A stretch of DNA of 64,000 nucleotides, taken from assembly GCA_963851265.1 (NCBI GenBank), contig CAWKNZ010000004.1, forward strand, positions 1-64,000. Reading direction: 5' to 3'. Position 1 is the stretch's first letter; each line of letters starts with the position of its first letter. Shown piece by piece: positions 63,172 to 64,000 of the stretch. Position numbers and translations under genes: made by a program. The stretch is from an uncultured Gemmatimonadales bacterium (GTDB lineage Bacteria; Gemmatimonadota; Gemmatimonadetes; Gemmatimonadales; Gemmatimonadaceae). The notes beneath the pieces are model-generated. The model was not told the DNA's origin and made no database searches. It was given only the letters and a program-made list of their open reading frames with translations.

Positions 63172-64000
63172 ACGGCCCCCCGCGCGACACCCCGCCAGGC
63201 GATGTGCCCCCCGCGCTCCCCGCGGCCAAAAACGCCCCGATCTTCTCGTTCAAGAACCTCCCGTCCTCCGGATTGCTCGCCGCCCCTGCCGTGTGCCCCC
63301 AGAGCGACGGGATCGGCGCGAACGTCACGCGCGGGATGAACGCCTGCTCGTACCGCGCGTCGCCTAACGGAAAGTACAGGTCCGTCTCGGACGGCATGTA
63401 GAGGAAGGGCACGCGGATCGACCGCAGCGCGCGCTCGACGTCGCCGCCCATCCCCGGCGTGGCGCCGACGTCGTGGTGCTCCCAGGTCCGCATCTGGAGG
63501 ATCAGGTCGTTCGCGTCGGCGCCGGGGATGAAGTGCAGGCGGTAGTTGTCGATCACCTGCATGAGGGTGGTTCCCGCCGGGGCGCCCGCCTTCCAGAGCC
63601 CGCGCCGCCACCACTCCTGCGAGTACAGCCACCCGGTCCACACCACCGCGAACGCCTGGAGCCCCTTCTCCGGGGGCGCCGTGTAGTCCCCGCCGTTGAA
63701 CGTCGCGTCGGCCGCGATCGCGGCGATCTGCCCCTCCAGCCGCACCACGCCGTGCGGGTACGTCTTGGCCGTGCCCGACGTGGCGACCGCGCGGTCCATG
63801 AAGTCCGGATAACTCACCGCCCACTGGAACGCCTGCTGCGCGCCCATCGAGAAGCCGACCACCGCCCGGAGGTGCGTCACGCCTAACGAATCGACGAGCA
63901 GCCGGTGCACCGCCTCGACGTTGTCGCGGATCGTCGTCACCGGGAACCGCGGCCCGTGGAACGGCTCGGGCGTGTTGCTCGGCGACGACGAGTGCCCGTT
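63170..64000 (-). CDS. Alpha/beta hydrolase, homoserine O-acetyltransferase-like (5' end outside window)
   Basis: NGHSSSPSN, TIRDNV, VGFSMGAQQA, DANDL, TDLYF, WGH. Confidence 0.85.
   Translation of the reverse strand, partial: NGHSSSPSNTPEPFHGPRFPVTTIRDNVEAVHRLLVDSLGVTHLRAVVGFSMGAQQAFQWAVSYPDFMDRAVATSGTAKTYPHGVVRLEGQIAAIAADATFNGGDYTAPPEKGLQAFAVVWTGWLYSQEWWRRGLWKAGAPAGTTLMQVIDNYRLHFIPGADANDLILQMRTWEHHDVGATPGMGGDVERALRSIRVPFLYMPSETDLYFPLGDARYEQAFIPRVTFAPIPSLWGHTAGAASNPEDGRFLNEKIGAFLAAGSAGGTSPGGVSRGGP

Overview
Very GC-rich (roughly 75% by eye) bacterial chromosomal DNA, densely coding. Gene content and style suggest a Gemmatimonadota-like organism (inference). No rRNA, tRNA, CRISPR array or intact mobile element was seen. 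Left to right: a priming sugar transferase, a glgC-like gene, an M28 peptidase and a GNAT; a ~14 kb 3-keto-glycoside (oxidation/elimination) sugar locus with 3x DUF1080, 3x TIM-barrel, 2x Gfo/Idh/MocA, an MFS permease, GMC dehydrogenase + Tat subunit and a diheme cytochrome c; an ECF sigma/anti-sigma/MsrB/fasciclin/Mn-catalase stress cluster; a small ribbon-helix-helix protein with a histone-H1-like tail; a MoxR/DUF58/BatA/DUF4175-like/DUF4159 operon flanked by two outward-facing TldD/PmbA pairs whose TldD subunits carry Tat signals; a 4-PAS hybrid kinase; DUF969/979/2891; a ricin-lectin lipoprotein; ppk2; a hut operon; and two hydrolases. The most unusual signal is not a gene. The non-palindromic motif (C)GTTAGGC occurs 27 times (manual count) in several reading frames, imposing rare TTA/CCT/CTA codons. 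A dense array of its variants, plus a perfect TTAGGAATATTCCTAA palindrome, sits directly upstream of the RHH/H1-tail gene. This suggests a sequence-specific nucleoid protein with dispersed chromosomal sites (hypothesis). All family calls come from motif recognition; no database searches were run.
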